DNA of 64,000 nt from Felis catus (GCF_018350175.1 NC_058369.1:806001-870000), one strand, 5' to 3'; shown: positions 37,190-52,787, counted from the first letter of the stretch. The notes: generated by a model from the sequence alone, not told the origin. Numbers and translations are program-made.

Positions 37190-39495
37190 TGGCCGGGGCT
37201 GGCCTTCTGGAACATCCTCTCCAGGTCGAGGGCTGGCCTGGCTGCCCAGGGGGTGGTCCCACGGTCCATCTACCCTCCAGAGCCCCTGCCCTTGGAGCCC
37301 CCCTGCAGCCTGAATCGGCCTCACATCTCACGCACAGATGCTTGCTCCGCGCCGCGGGGGCTCTGGAAAGAGGTGGAGCTGAGGGCCGGAGCTGCGGTCC
37401 CAACCTGGCCCCCACGCAGAGACCACCCTCCCAGCTCGGGCTGCCCTGCGCAGTGTGCTCGTGGCCCCGAGCTTCAGCAAGACCCTCCCGTTTCGGGAGG
37501 TGCAGGGAAGTGGCAACCCGCCCGGGGCGGGGGACGGAGCGGGGAGGGTGGCCCCCTCGAGCGGGCGCCCGCCCGCGCGCGCCGGGATGAAGCCTGTAAC
37601 GTTGGAGGCCCCGTAATTGGTTAATGATGGCTTTGCCGGTTCGCTTGCCGTCTCAGCCCCAGCTGGGGGCGTGGGGGCGGGCGCGGCTGAGCCCCAGACA
37701 GCGCCGTCTAGCGAGCCGGGAGCGCCCCGCCGCCGGGCGGCCCGGAACTGCAGGGAGAGAGACTGGTGCCCGGACGATGGGGACGGTCAACAGCCCGGCC
37801 GGGGCGGGGGCGCCCGACCGCAACGGGCGGGAGGAAGCGTGTGGAGGGACGCCCCCGAAGGCCACCGCCGCCGCGCTTCTCTGTTCCATTCTCCTTCGCC
37901 ACGCACGAAGCGCTGGGCCCCACGGGCCTCGCGCCAGGGACGGCACAGCTGCGGGAGATGCCGGCCCAGGGGCGGGGGCGGGGGCGGGGGGGACGGATGG
38001 CAGACGGCGAGCCCCGAGACCTCACTTCTCCCCTCTCACGTGCAGCTCAGGGCCCCCGGGTGCGCGCGTGTTCAGCCTCAGCCCCGAGAACGCCTCCTTG
38101 CAGGGAGAGTCGGCGACCTCTTTCCTGCGGCGCGGGGGCCCCCGGGGAGAAGCTGATCCTGGCGAGCGGATCTGCTGAGACAGCCGCCCCGCCGGAGCGC
38201 CACCCCCGCCGGGGCAGATGCCGTCAAGAGAGACAGCGTGGCTGCCGCAAGTCCCTTCTCTGAAGAGCAGTGGAGAGCCCCCGCCCGCCGACACCGCTGA
38301 CCCTCCCCGTCACCCAGAAGGGGTTCCAGTGGCCGCCACCCTCGGCTCGGGGAGCCCCCGGGAGCCATGCTGACCCCGATGCCACACGCACCCCGCTGCC
38401 TCGCACCCCCAGATGCCCCATCCCGTGGGACGGGAGTCGGGCCCAACCTGAGCGTCCGACAGGCAGGGATGGCGTGTGAGCCCGCGTAAGGCCTCGGCCG
38501 CCCCTCGGGCCACACAGGCCTGTGTCAGAGACCCCCAGTCCCCGTCCCCGCGGTAGCCCGCGGGGCCCGGACTGGGGGTCGCCCGGCTCCTTTGTGGATT
38601 TGGGGACTGCCAAATACTGTCTGTGCTTCCAGTCCCCGTGGGCCAGGCTTCCCCGAAGTGGCCTGGCGGGAGGGAAGAGGCGGCAGCAGGCCCGCCAGCG
38701 GCTCGTCCAGCCACAGGGCCCGGGGCTTCGAGCACCCACGCACTGTGAGACCCCGGGCACTGCTTTCGCCGCTCTGTGCCTCAGTCTCCCCACGTGGGCC
38801 GTGGGGAGAGCTCCCAGAGCTACCTCTTGGGCGAGCGGAGAGACCACCAAGACTGGGGGAGAGACCTCACTGCCGCCCCCTGCCTGCCTCTCCACGGGCG
38901 GGGCCGGAAGGCAGCCCCACGGGGCCAGCACACAGGCACTCCCTCCCCATCCGTGCCCGGCAGCCACTTTTGCCTTTCCAACCCCCTGCACTGGGGGCAC
39001 AGCCACACCTCATCATCCAGCCTGGGCGGGCCACAGGGGCCCTGGCGGCACAGATTTCTGGAGGGGCGGTTGGCGGTCACCGGACAATCAACCCGAGTCG
39101 GGGGCTGAAGACCTAAGGGGTCTCAGGACCCAAAGGACCGACCCAGCCACCCACCAAGGGGACACGTCAAGGACCCATCCGCCTCTGGGGCACTCCTGGG
39201 GTGAGCCCGAGGGGGACGACTGTGACCCCAGGCCTGTGACTTCGGGCCCAGGGCCGGCCGGACGCACCCGCTGGCGCAGCATTACCTCACCCCTGCCGCC
39301 CCCGCCGGCCTCCCGGTTGGCGGCCACGGCACCCCACAGCCCGAGCGTGGTTGTCCCGGCTCATCCCTTCGTGTCTCCGTCCCGGGTCTCTGCAGCACCA
39401 CAGGCCACGTGTAAATACAGCCCGTCCACCCCCACTGACCACACAGCCGGCGTCTGGCAGGAGGAAGCCACGGAACCAGGCGTCTCACATGCACC

Positions 39496-39504
39496 TTTAA
39501 TAAA
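39496..39504. terminator. Overlapping poly(A) signals: AATAAA (+, APC2) and ATTAAA (-, C19orf25)
   Basis: TTTAATAAA: 39499-39504 is AATAAA on +; 39496-39501 is ATTAAA on -. Confidence 0.65.
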
Positions 39505-40868
39505 CAGCTGTTGAATCGCGCTCTGCTGCTTGTGACTGCGTTTCCGAGTGGGCGAGGAAGGGGGTGGGGGCCAGGAGGGAACTCCGGGGCCTTCTGTCCT
39601 GCCCACCCCTTCTGGGGTCCGGGTGATGGCCCAGCCTGGCTTCTGCCGGGAGCAAGCAGATGCCCCTTTGGGCAGGTCCCTGGACGCAGAGCCTGAGTGT
39701 GGGCCCGGGGTCCCAGGTCGACGGCACTGGGACGCCAGCGGGTGTGCCCCTGCCTGACCCCAGGGGACTCCGAGTGGACGGCACCCCGGAGTCAGGAAGC
39801 GCTGGAGACCAGGGCCAGGCAGGGAAAGCGGAAGAACTTCTCACCAAGGGTGTGCCGTGAGCAGCGGGGCGGGCGTGCGATGGTCAGGCGTCCCCGAGGC
39901 CCCCTTCCTGGGTCTTGGTTTGGGGGCCTCTCAGGGTTAAGCAGGCTCCCCTTCTTCAGGGAAAGAGAAAGACCTCCGGGGATGCTCGGGGTCCCCCGTG
40001 TCAGGGTCCTGCTGTGGCACTTCGGAGCTCCCACGGAGCCCCGGACGGGCAGCCACGAGCAGCTGCTCTTTTTGAGCGAAAAGCCCTTTTCAAGATCCGC
40101 TCCTGTTCCGTGCACCTGCCCGTAGACGAAGCCTTCCAGGATGAAGGCAGCCAGCGAGGGCTCGGGTGGGAGACTGGCCAGCTCGTCCCCTCCCGGGAGC
40201 CCAGGCCAGGCACCCCCGTGATGGGGTGGGTCCCAGGTGGGTCCCGCACCCCGACGGGTAACCCGCCCCGCAGGAGCGCCCAGGCCTGGGATCAGGGTGC
40301 TCAGTAGGGGCACCACCAGAGGCCCCGTCTCCGGTCCGGGCCCTGCTGGGCAAGTGCTCCTCCAGCAGCCGGCCGCTGTCGGGAGGGAACGGGGTGCTCT
40401 GCCGGAACTTGGGCCCCACCCCCCCGCAGTACACGCAGAGATGGGCGGAGACAGAAAGCAGCCGGGGTTCCACGGGGTTCCATCTCCGTTGCGATGACGC
40501 GGGGAAGCAGGGTCGCCAGGGGCAAGGAGAGGTTGGACGGACCGGCCCTCGGGTGCTGGCTGGGGACCCCGCACGAAGTCCGGTCTGGGCTCCACGGCCG
40601 GGGCGAGCGGCACCCACACTGCCCCAGACCCGCCCCTCGAAAGGGGCCCGCGCCCGGCGAGGCAGCTGTGTCTGTCACCCCCCACGCAGGCTGTGGGCCC
40701 CAGGGTCTCCGGGCCCCGGGGCGAGCCCAGGCCACGCGACCCAGGGGCCCGCGTCTGAGGTGCGCCGGGTCAGGTGTCTCGGGGGGGGGGGGGGGGGGGG
40801 GACCAAAGGTGCCGGTGAGCCGCGGGGCGCCCTGCCGGGGAGCGCGCTAAGGTGAGCTGGCGAGCCAG

Positions 40869-43520
<2,652 letters not shown>

Positions 43521-43854
43521 AAGAGCATGGGGTGGGCAGGGGGTCCTGTCCCGGCTCCCCTCGCTGCGTAACAAAGCACCCAAGTCCCGGTTTTCTGCCC
43601 AAAGTGGGCAGGGCGCCCAACCCACGTGGCTGTTGTGGGAACAAAGTTAACTGCCCTCTCGAGGGGGCTGGCCTGGCCGCGCCAATTCCCCGGGAGGTGA
43701 ACGGACGGAACTCAGGTGGCCGGACGGAACTCAGCCTGCTAGATTCCATCACAGTTGCCCCTCTGGTCCCTAGCACCTCCCACCTCTGCCCTGCCTGGTT
43801 CCTCCCCTGACAGCTAGGGCGGGAAGACAGGCTCAGAGACCAGGGCTGGTTTTG

Positions 43855-44900
43855 TGCCTTTTAACAGCTTTACTGGATGTTATCTACACACTACACAGTC
43901 CACCTGTTTAAAGTGTGCAATTCAATGGTTTTGAGAGAGATGTACAACCACCACCATAGTCTAATTCCAGAACATTCCATCACCCAAAAGACATCCCCGT
44001 TAGTTATCACCTCCCCCCCCACCAGCCCCCATGAGCCCCCCCTTGTGTCCGTGGATGAGCCTGTTCTGGACGTTACACACACTCGGACTCACACCCCGTG
44101 TGGCCTCTCGTGTCTGGTTCCCTCCCTCAGCGTCGTGCGTTCAGGGTCCTTCCGCGCGGGGCGGCGGGTGTGGGCGCCTCGCTCCTGTTGGCGGCCGTGG
44201 GACGTGCGCGTGCACGGCGGACACGTTTATCTGTGGACGTGCGCGTGCGTGGACACACCTGAGTGACGTGCGCGTGCGCGATGGGCACATTGACCGTCCG
44301 TCCCTTGATGGGCATCTCGGTTGTTTCCATCTTCGGTTGTCGTGATTCCTCCTGCTGAGAATATCCCTGTAACGGTTTTGTGCAGATATATGTTCTTGTC
44401 TCTCTTGGGGACATGCCTAGAAGCGAAACTGCTGGGTCATACGGTAACTCTGATGATGAATGGTTTACAGAACCGGTTTCCCGAAGTGTCTGCCCCCGGC
44501 GGGCACATTTTGGGTGCTTGCTGTGTGCCAGTGGGAAAACTACCTCTCTCGATCTTACGTCGGGTGAAGCAAGCGCTGGGCTTGGTGCTGTGGCACAGAT
44601 GAGGCCACCAAAACTGCAAGAAGGAGGCCAAGCACCCCTGGACGCACGGCCCGGCCCTGGCAGGTGCTCAGACCCGCACACATGCTCACAGCAGCAGGAT
44701 TCACAATTCGCGGGATGTAGAAACAGCCCAACTGTGCATGGATGGATGAATGGATCAACACAGCCCACCCACTCGGCCGCGAGCAGGAGCCAGGACACCC
44801 GCCGTCTGCAGGGCTGAACACACAAAACTCAGGGAGGGAACCAGACACGAGAGGCCACGCAGGGTGTGAGTCCACGTGTGTGAAACGTCCAGAACGGGAA
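43855..44900. mobile_element. L1M fragments in both orientations
   Basis: tttaaagtgtgcaattcaatggtttt...ttccagaacatt; cctagaagcgaaactgctgggtcatacggtaactct; inverted segment at about 44640-44900. Confidence 0.7.
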
Positions 44901-45349
44901 AATCCAGCTTGGGGGCCAGTGAAAGCAACATGCCTCCAGCCCATAATTCCCTCGGCCTCCCCATGACTCTCGGGGAATAGAGAAGCAGCGCGATTGTTAT
45001 AACTTCATAGATCTACCTGCGGGGCGGGGAACAGCCGCACGCATGCTCATCTGAGACTCATGCTTCTCTTAATGATCAGCGTCAAAGGGAAACACCCCAA
45101 CAGGAGAAGGTAAACTTAGGAGGGGTTAGGAATGCAGTGCGCCGCCCTGGGAACCCCCCACTTCACTCCTGCCCCCACCAGACTGGGGGCCCCGGGCCCC
45201 AGCTGCCCCTTTTCCCTTGTGGGCCACAGGGTCCTCCAGGAGAAGACCGTTTCCAAGCGGGGTGCGGGGGAACCCCCAACCATGCCATGGGGACGGGGGC
45301 CTGCCCCTGCCCCAAAGGAGACCACAGACTTGGCACCTCCTATTCAACC

Positions 45350-45355
45350 TTTATT
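45350..45355 (-). terminator. PCSK4: PCSK4 polyadenylation signal
   Basis: TTTATT on + = AATAAA on -, downstream of the last exon. Confidence 0.75.
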
Positions 45356-45780
45356 TGCAAACTCCGAGGTCTGACATGATGCCAGAGACTCTGGATGCTG
45401 TCATTGGTTCCCCTTGCCCCTCTCCCCACTTCTGGGGCTGGGAGGGGACGGCTGTCACAGCCCAGCCTCCGCCCCATCCCACCCCGCCCCCACCCCAAAC
45501 CGTGTAGCTAGACTTCTCTCTCTCTCTTTCACCCGGACCTGCCAATTTCGGGTTCGGGATTCCAGCAGGCCGCCCCTGGCCTGAGGGCCTCAGTGATTAG
45601 CCAGAGCCTCCGGGGGCGGGTCCCTGCACCCCCCAGCCCAGGTGCCAGTCTGGAGCAAAGGAGCAGGATGGCAGTGCCTGCACAGACACACGTCTGCCCC
45701 CTACTCAGGTGTCTCTAGGTCCCGGCCAGCAGCTGGACCTGGGGTGGTGGCGGGGGGCCCCGCACACAGAGGTGGGCAGC

Positions 45781-48700
45781 CTACAGCGAGGACACTGCGG
45801 AGTGAGGGGCTCCCGAAGGCCACGGCCAGCGGGGCCAGTACCACGGCCCGGGCTCGGCCGCAGTGGCGGCCGGGGTGGGCGACTGCGGCGGGCTGGGGGG
45901 AGGCCGCTGGGAGGGACGGGTCCTGAGCAGGAGCCGCGACGCTCGTCCAGCGTGGAGGCCGGGGGGGGGGGGGGGGGGCAGGCAGTGCAGGTGAGCGGGG
46001 AGCGGCCGAGGCAGGTGTAGCAGGAGGCGCCGCGGCTCGAGCAGGCTCACAGGGCGGGAGCGGCCGGGCCCAGCGGTCACTGCCTGCCGGGTGTGGCCGA
46101 GGTACCTGGGCGGGCAGTAGGAGAGGCGGAGGTGGCCCAGGACGTGGGCGGGGCCGTGGCGTTCTGCGCGGGGCACACGTACGTTGGGGTGTGAGGCCAG
46201 GGCCCGCCGCCCCGTATGCCCTCCCGCCCCGGGCCGCACACGCACACTGCCCGCTGCTGCCGCCCCCCAGCGAGCAGGCCGTGCCGCGCCAGGCACTCAC
46301 CCTGGCACGGCCCCTCTGTGTCCCGCTGCACACACGCGCTGCCTGTCACCTGGGGGCCCGGGGGCCGCGCCGTCATGTCCTCGGCCGTCCCGTAGAGCAG
46401 CAGCGTGTAGCGGTACAGCGTCCCTGGGCGGGGGTCGCGGGGGGCACGGGGAAAAGGGGGACAGGCTGTCGGCACCTGGTCCGCCCTCCTGGCTCCTCTC
46501 CCCGGCCGCCCCGCCCCACCCCGCCCCGGAGTCCCAGACGCCGATGGCCCCCAGGCCGGACGCCCACCGGGCGCCGGTAACCGGCATCTACTATTCTCCG
46601 AAGGTACCCGCTCAGTGTCCCAGGGAGACCCCGGACCCCTCCGCAGCGGGGGATCCCAGGCCGGTCCAGGGCCCGAGGCCCCCGCCTGGGTGGCGCTCTC
46701 ACCCGTGTTGAAGTAGTAGCCCTTGTTTTCCAGGCCCAGCGTCCAGGGGCCCCGCGGGTCCTCGTCCCAGAAGTGGGTGGACATAAAGGTCCAGTTGTTG
46801 TAGCCTTGGCCGCTGACGTCCAAGGGTCTGGGGCGGGAGGCAGGGTGGTGGGGGTGGAGGGGGGGCTTCCAAGCCCCGGGGACAGTGGGGTCTGCAGGGC
46901 CGAGCACGGCTGCTGGCAGGGCTCCCGAGGTGGGGGGAGCGCGCCGGGTGTCCGGCCTGAGCAGACCCCCCCCCCCCCACAGCGCACTGCCCACACCTGG
47001 GGAAGGACAGAGCGGCTGCCACGGGGCCGGGTACCCCACCCCTGCACCTGATGGCCACGAGCGTGGAGCGGGTGCCCATGGGGCTCGTGAGCGAGATCTC
47101 CAGGTCCCCGCGGCGACTGTAGGACAGCGAGAGCTGCACCTGCACGTGCTCCAGCGAGCGGATGTGGTTGGCTCGGCCAGCGCACGCCGACACGCTCCTC
47201 CTCACTTGCGTCAGCGGCAAGATGGGGCTGGGGGCGGCGCGGGCTGTGAGCGCGCCTGCTGCGGGCCTGCGGGGGGGGGGGGGGGGGGGGCGGGGCACCG
47301 GGGTCTGGGCTCGCGTCGTGGAGCCCACCCTCTTTCTCATCTGAGAGATGGGGAAAGTGAGGCAACGGGTGCCAGGCCCCAGGCGTCTGTCACCCCCTCC
47401 CCCGCGGCGGTGACGGGTGCGGGGAGAGGACAGGCGGACACAGCGGAGGCGCGGCGGCGGAGGACTGCTCACGTGGGGGTGTGTACGATCTCAATGACGC
47501 ACTTCTGCTGGCGCCGTGTGGGCAGCCACGTTCGAGCCATGTCCACCAGCAGCCCCGCATCCAGCAGCCCGTAGCCATAGTGGTGGCTCACTGCGTGGAC
47601 GGGGCGGTGGTCACTGGCCCTGGGGGCGTGGCGTCCCCCCCCTCCGCCCGGCCCCGCCTCACCTCGGCGCCCCACGCCGTTGGTCCTCCAGTCCTCAGCC
47701 TGGAGCTGCGCGGGTCTGGACGCTCGGACCACCAAGTGCTGCATATCCCTCCATGTCAAGAACGGGCTGGGGGCAGGCGAGGGTAGGTGAGCTGGGGCCA
47801 TGCCAGGTGGGGGGGGGGGCGGTGAGCGCAGTAAGCAGGGTCCCCTCCAGCACCTACTTGGCCTCCAGAGCCAGGGCGATCATGCCCGCGGCCAGCGGGG
47901 CCGACGCCGAGGTGCCCGTGTGTTTGTCCGTGCACCGGTGGTGCAGATCCGTGGTGACCTAGGGGCAGAGACGGGGGCTTGGGGGGGGACCGGTGCACAG
48001 GGAGACCCGGCCTTTGTGCAAAATGCATCAAGGGTTCAAGAAGGTGCCGCAGAGGTACCTCCAGGAACGGGGCCCTGAGCGCCACCCAGGTCACACAGCT
48101 GGGGAGCCTGCCCCGCCAGAGACAGGAGGGTAGACGGAGGGGTGAGGACACTGGGGCCTGGTCTTGGGACCCCCTCTGTGTTCCAGGTGCCACAGGGCGG
48201 CCCTGGGAGGGGGGAAAGTGGGGGGCGGGACGGCAGGTGGGGGGAGGGGACGGGCAGGGAGGGGTGGGGAGGGGAGGCGCCAAGGGGGAAGACAACAGGG
48301 TCGTGGGGGGAAGGTGGGACAAGGACAGATGGGAAGGGAAAGGAGACAGGGGGAGGGAAGGGTGGGGAGGAGGGGAGGGGGAGGCGGGCGCGGAGGGGGG
48401 CCTCCCCCGGCTCCCGGGTCCCCCCCCCCCCCCCCCGGCTCCCCGGCCCTCACGATCTGCGGGTCGGTGGCCACGCCGCTGCTGTAGGTGGTGGTGAGTG
48501 TGGAGGCGCAGGCCTCGCTGTACCAGGGCGCGCGGCCCTCGCGGGTGGTGCTGCCCACGGAGAGCGTGTACACGCTGTTGGTGTAGCCGTCGCAGTTGCA
48601 ATTGTCGTAGTGCAGGCCGCCGTTGCCCGACGCCCAGACGAAGAGAGTGCCCAGCCCACCGCGGCCCTGCACGCGGGCACGAGGGAGCGGATGGGCGCGC

Positions 48701-51700
48701 CGGCCTCCAGGGCCGGCCCAGGCCCTCCGAGGCCCCCGGGGTGGGCTCACCTTGGTCACGCCGCGCCTGAAGGCCTCGCGGGTGAGGACGCCCGGGCCGT
48801 CCACCGTGCGGCCGTCGTCCTCGGGGCCCCAGCTGGCGCTGTAGATGTGGATGTGCTGCGGCTGCAGGCTCAGCGACTGGGCCTCGATGACGTCCGTGAT
48901 GGTGCCGTCCAGCATGCGCACGCCTGCAGGGGTGGGCGTCCGGCCTCCGCGGTCAGCCCCGCCGCGCCCCCCACCCCCAGGCCCCCTCTGGAGCGGGGGC
49001 GTCTGCGCGGGGCTCAGCTCTCCCCCTCCCGGAGCTTGGGCCCTGCATCCCCCAGAGCCGCCTAACTCTGCCCGCAATCCCTGGGCGCCCCGTGCCGTCC
49101 GGGCCGCCCTCCGTCCCCGGGGTGCGGGAGCCGGGCCCCGATACCTCCGATCCGGGCATTGTAGGCGACACCCGCTCCACAGAACCCGTTGTTTGCGATT
49201 GCGGCCACTTCCCCGGCACAGCGGGTCCCGTGCCTGGCGCCAAGGCAGAGAGGGGGGCCAGTCCCAGCCCCCCCGGCTCCCCACAAGGCACTGGCGCCGC
49301 CCTCACACACCCCGCAGGACGCCGCCGCTCACCGGTTCTCGTCGCCGGGCGTGTATCGCGGCTGGGGGTCTGGGTCGTAGTCATTGAAGTCGTAGCTGGC
49401 CAGGGGGTCCTGGGGGCCGAGCGGGGGGCGTGAGGGACGGGGGCAGGCCGCGGGACCTGGCGCAGCCCCCACCCCAGTCCCCACGGTCTCACGTAGTTGG
49501 CCCAGAGGTCCGGGTGGTCCTTCTCGATGCCATCGTCCAGGACAGAGACCACAATGCCCCGGCCCGACAGCCCCTGGCTCCAGACCTGCAGGACGTTCAG
49601 GTCCGGCCGCACCTTGTTGTTCTGTGCAAGGCAGGGGCTGGGGTCAGCGGGGCTCCGGCCCCGCCCGGCCCCACCGCCCGGCCCGGCCCGCTCACCATGT
49701 ACCACTGCTTGGAGAACCAGGGGTCCGTGGGCACCGCCGCCGAGCGCTTCACACGCCGCCGCAGCGTCTGCTGCTCGAACCACTGCACCTGCAGACAGAC
49801 GCGACAGACGCACGCTGCAGGAGGGCGCGGGGCCCCCAGAGCCAGCCCGCCCTCCACCCCTCCCCCCGCTGCACGGCTCTCACACCCGTGCACCTGGCGG
49901 GGCCCTGACCGGCTCCACCAAGCCTTTCCCACCAATTCCGGGCCGCGGCCCGAGTCTGCCTCCAGGGTCTGCGTCGGTCTCCTCCCCAGGCCCACCAGGG
50001 GACGACTCTGTGTGGGCCGCGGCCGGAGCGGGGCTGTGTCTGGGTCGCCCGCTGCTTGTCCTGGGTCCGTCATGGTGTGGGACGTGGCCCGGGACCTCGT
50101 GCTTGCTGAGGCTGCTCTTTGGGGTCCCCGTGTGCCTGGGGCTCTGCCTTCAGAGGGGACCAAGGCCCTAGCACCAGTCCCCAGGGCCCACTGCTCTTGA
50201 GGCCCAGCCCTATCCCTTCCCCAGTCCCTGTTCTAGATCCTTCTGCCCAAGATCTGCCCATCTCCCTGCTGTAGCGGCCACCCCTCGTAAGACATCCCTG
50301 GATGGCCATACCTGCCTCCGCCCTGGTTCCCCACCTGCCCCCCTGCCTCCCTACAACACAGTAGCATCACTCTCTGCAGAGCCCCTCCCATGCTGCCCCC
50401 CTCTCCAGGGCCCACAAAGCCCCGCCTATCTGGCCCCCACCAGCCTCCCTCTGCTGCAGTCACAGTGGTGCCTCACCCCAGGGCCTTTGCACACAGCCAT
50501 TCTGCCTGCCCCAGGTTGGTCTTCCTCAGACCTTTTTGTCCTTTCTTCCTTGTTGATCTCCCCCCCCCCCCGCCCCGCCCTGCCCCGCCCTGAACCAGCT
50601 CCTGTGCCCTCACCCTCATCCCAGTGATGGTGCAATTGTCTCCCCATGTGCCCAGCTCCAGACGCGGGAGCTGGCCCCAATTTCTCTCTGTCCCACACGT
50701 CTAATCCATTGGCAAGCCCTGGCCTCTCTCGTGCAAACCACATCTTGAGCTGGCAACCTCTCCCCGTTCCCAGTGCTCCCAGTGGGTTTCAAGTGATCGA
50801 GCCTCTCGCCTCCATGCTGATCAGCCCCCCAGCCCAAACCCCATCTTGGCTCCTAAGAGTGTACAAACTCAGCCTCAAGTCCCCAGCTTGGCATCGAAAG
50901 CCTTTTCCCAACCTGGCACCTCTCTGAGCATCTCACAGCCTCACTGGCTGACTTCAGGCAGGATTCCTACTCCGGTCGTAAAAAGGACCAATTCCCTTCT
51001 CTCCATCCCGTGAACTAGAATGTTATCTGCCGTCTTTACAGAGTATGTGGGAACCCTGACCTTTAGGGGGAGAGAGAAGATGGGGGCGGGGGGGAGCCAA
51101 AAAGAAATGCTGACAGTGTGCCAAGGCCCCGAGGTGAGCTCAGCACGCACACGTGCCCTGTTGCTGTCCACGGATGGTCCCTATCGTACAGACTGGGGGA
51201 CCAAGTGGAAACCGAGACTCAGAGAGGGCAGGTGGCTTGGATAACAAGTGGCTGAGCAGGCTCACCTTGGGGTCTTTCTTCAGGCGCAGGCGATGGCCCC
51301 AGTGTGGGCTCAGGGACTGCTGGACCACGCCCCGGTGCCTCAGGTGGAAGTACTGCCCGTCAGGAAAGATCTGGGAACGCGAGGGGGCATCCGCAACGAT
51401 GGCACCTGCCTCCGAGACGGAGTCCCCAGGACAGTGGCCAACATCCTCCCCCAACCAGGTGCGCCGCTGGGGGCTTCAGGTGCCCTCTGGGGGTCCCAGA
51501 GTCTGAAGCTGGTCGAGGCCTGGGTGAGCTGGGGGTCCTTGATATCTTGGGTACCCCTCCCGTCTGCCGGAGGGGTGTCCAGCCCCTGCCCCTCCTGTCC
51601 CTTCGGGTGCCACCCACCTGCCCCAGGTAGACGAAGCCGAATTTGCGCGCCAGGCGCTCGGCCTCCCGGTAACCCTGGGACACCCGCACGGCCCAGCTGC

Positions 51701-51812
51701 TGACATAGATGGGGACCCGGGCCGAGGACCACCCCACAGGCAGGGGGCCAACGAGGGCCAGGCCCAGAGCCAAGGCAAGGCGCAGCCAGAGCGCAGTCCA
51801 GGCGGGCCGCAT
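45781..51812 (-). CDS. PCSK4: Proprotein convertase subtilisin/kexin type 4 (PC4); last exon frameshifted relative to the ancestral frame
   Basis: Exons 51812-51618, 51370-51266, 49788-49696, 49621-49493, 49409-49333, 49233-49145, 48923-48751, 48666-48454, 47958-47858, 47766-47663, 47590-47473, 47227-47048, 46827-46703, 46423-46301, 46163-45781. Signal peptide, RRRVKR prodomain site, catalytic D (VLDDG), H (HGTRC), oxyanion N (GNGG), S (GTSAS), P-domain RRGDL. Confidence 0.95.
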
Positions 51813-52787
51813 GGCGGCGGGGGGCGGGGCCGGGGCGGGGCCTCCGAAACCCCTCCCCCCGGCCAAACCGCCGAGTGGGCCCAAGCGCCCGCCCCGCCCC
51901 CGAGGCCATAGCGACCCCTGAAAGGCGTCAACTCCCAGGGGTCCTTGCGGCTGTCTCCCCCCCCCCCCCCAAGGAGCGCGAAGATCCGGCCGAAGACGGG
52001 GTGGGGGGGGCGGGGAACACCCCGCCCTGGTCTTCCATAGATCCAAACTCTCTGGAGCCTCAGTCTCCCTCATTTGTACAGTGACCAAAACTTCCGACCG
52101 ACCTAGAGGAGAGTGTTCAAGGCTGCTCCCCCTGGCCCGCCCCTTTATCCCCGCCCCCTTGCCTGCCCACCCCTCCCTCTAGAATTAGTCCTGCCTCCTA
52201 CCCGGCCCAACCGGAATTGTTCTTCTGAGTAAGTCCCGCCTCCCCAGCTTAGCTCCGTCCCATCCCCTCCTCCTCCGAGAGTCTGTCCCCCGCTCCTTTA
52301 TGGTCAACCCCGCCCCTCCTCTGTTCTCGCCAATCAGCTCTGGTCTTCCTCCAGTTCCTCCCGCCAGCTCCGCCCCTCGGCACGCTTCTCTCCTCCTCCC
52401 CCAGCTCCACCCCCGCAACGGCTCAGCCAATAATCCCCGGCCATGACCCCACCCCCTCCAATCAGCTACGTCCCGCTCCCGCTCCGCCAATCGGCACCCT
52501 CGGCCTCCGCGCCCCGCCCTCTGCCCCCGGCGTCGCAGCTGGGGCGGCCGCGGCCGGCCAGAGGGCGATGCGGCGGGGGAGAAGGGGCAGGCCCCACCTC
52601 CTTTGTCCGCCCTGCCCTCCCATTGGCCGGAGTGGGGGGCAGGGGGCGGAGACCAGCGCAGGGGCGGAGACCAGCTCGGGGGCGGAGCGGGGCTTCTCGC
52701 ACCTGGGCAAAGCGGCACGCGCGCAGCGGGGCAGGTGCGCGGGGCCGCGGTCGAGCTCGGGCTGCCAGGCCCCGGCTCGCCGGTGTC
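51813..52787. promoter_or_regulatory. Bidirectional PCSK4/REEP6 CpG-island promoter
   Basis: Head-to-head ATGs less than 1 kb apart. CCAAT at 52330, 52427, 52458, 52487; ATTGG at 52622; several GC boxes including an 18-nt tandem at 52643-52688. Confidence 0.75.

Noticed and set aside
32966-37324. Long alternative-frame and antisense ORFs over the APC2 last exon (e.g. 437, 458, 330, 322 aa)
   Set aside because: Shadows of a GC3-rich real CDS.
38522-39514. 330-aa ORF in the APC2 3' UTR ending near the poly(A) signal
   Set aside because: Starts at GTG, has no link to an upstream coding frame and no evident codon bias or motif, unlike the REEP6 case.
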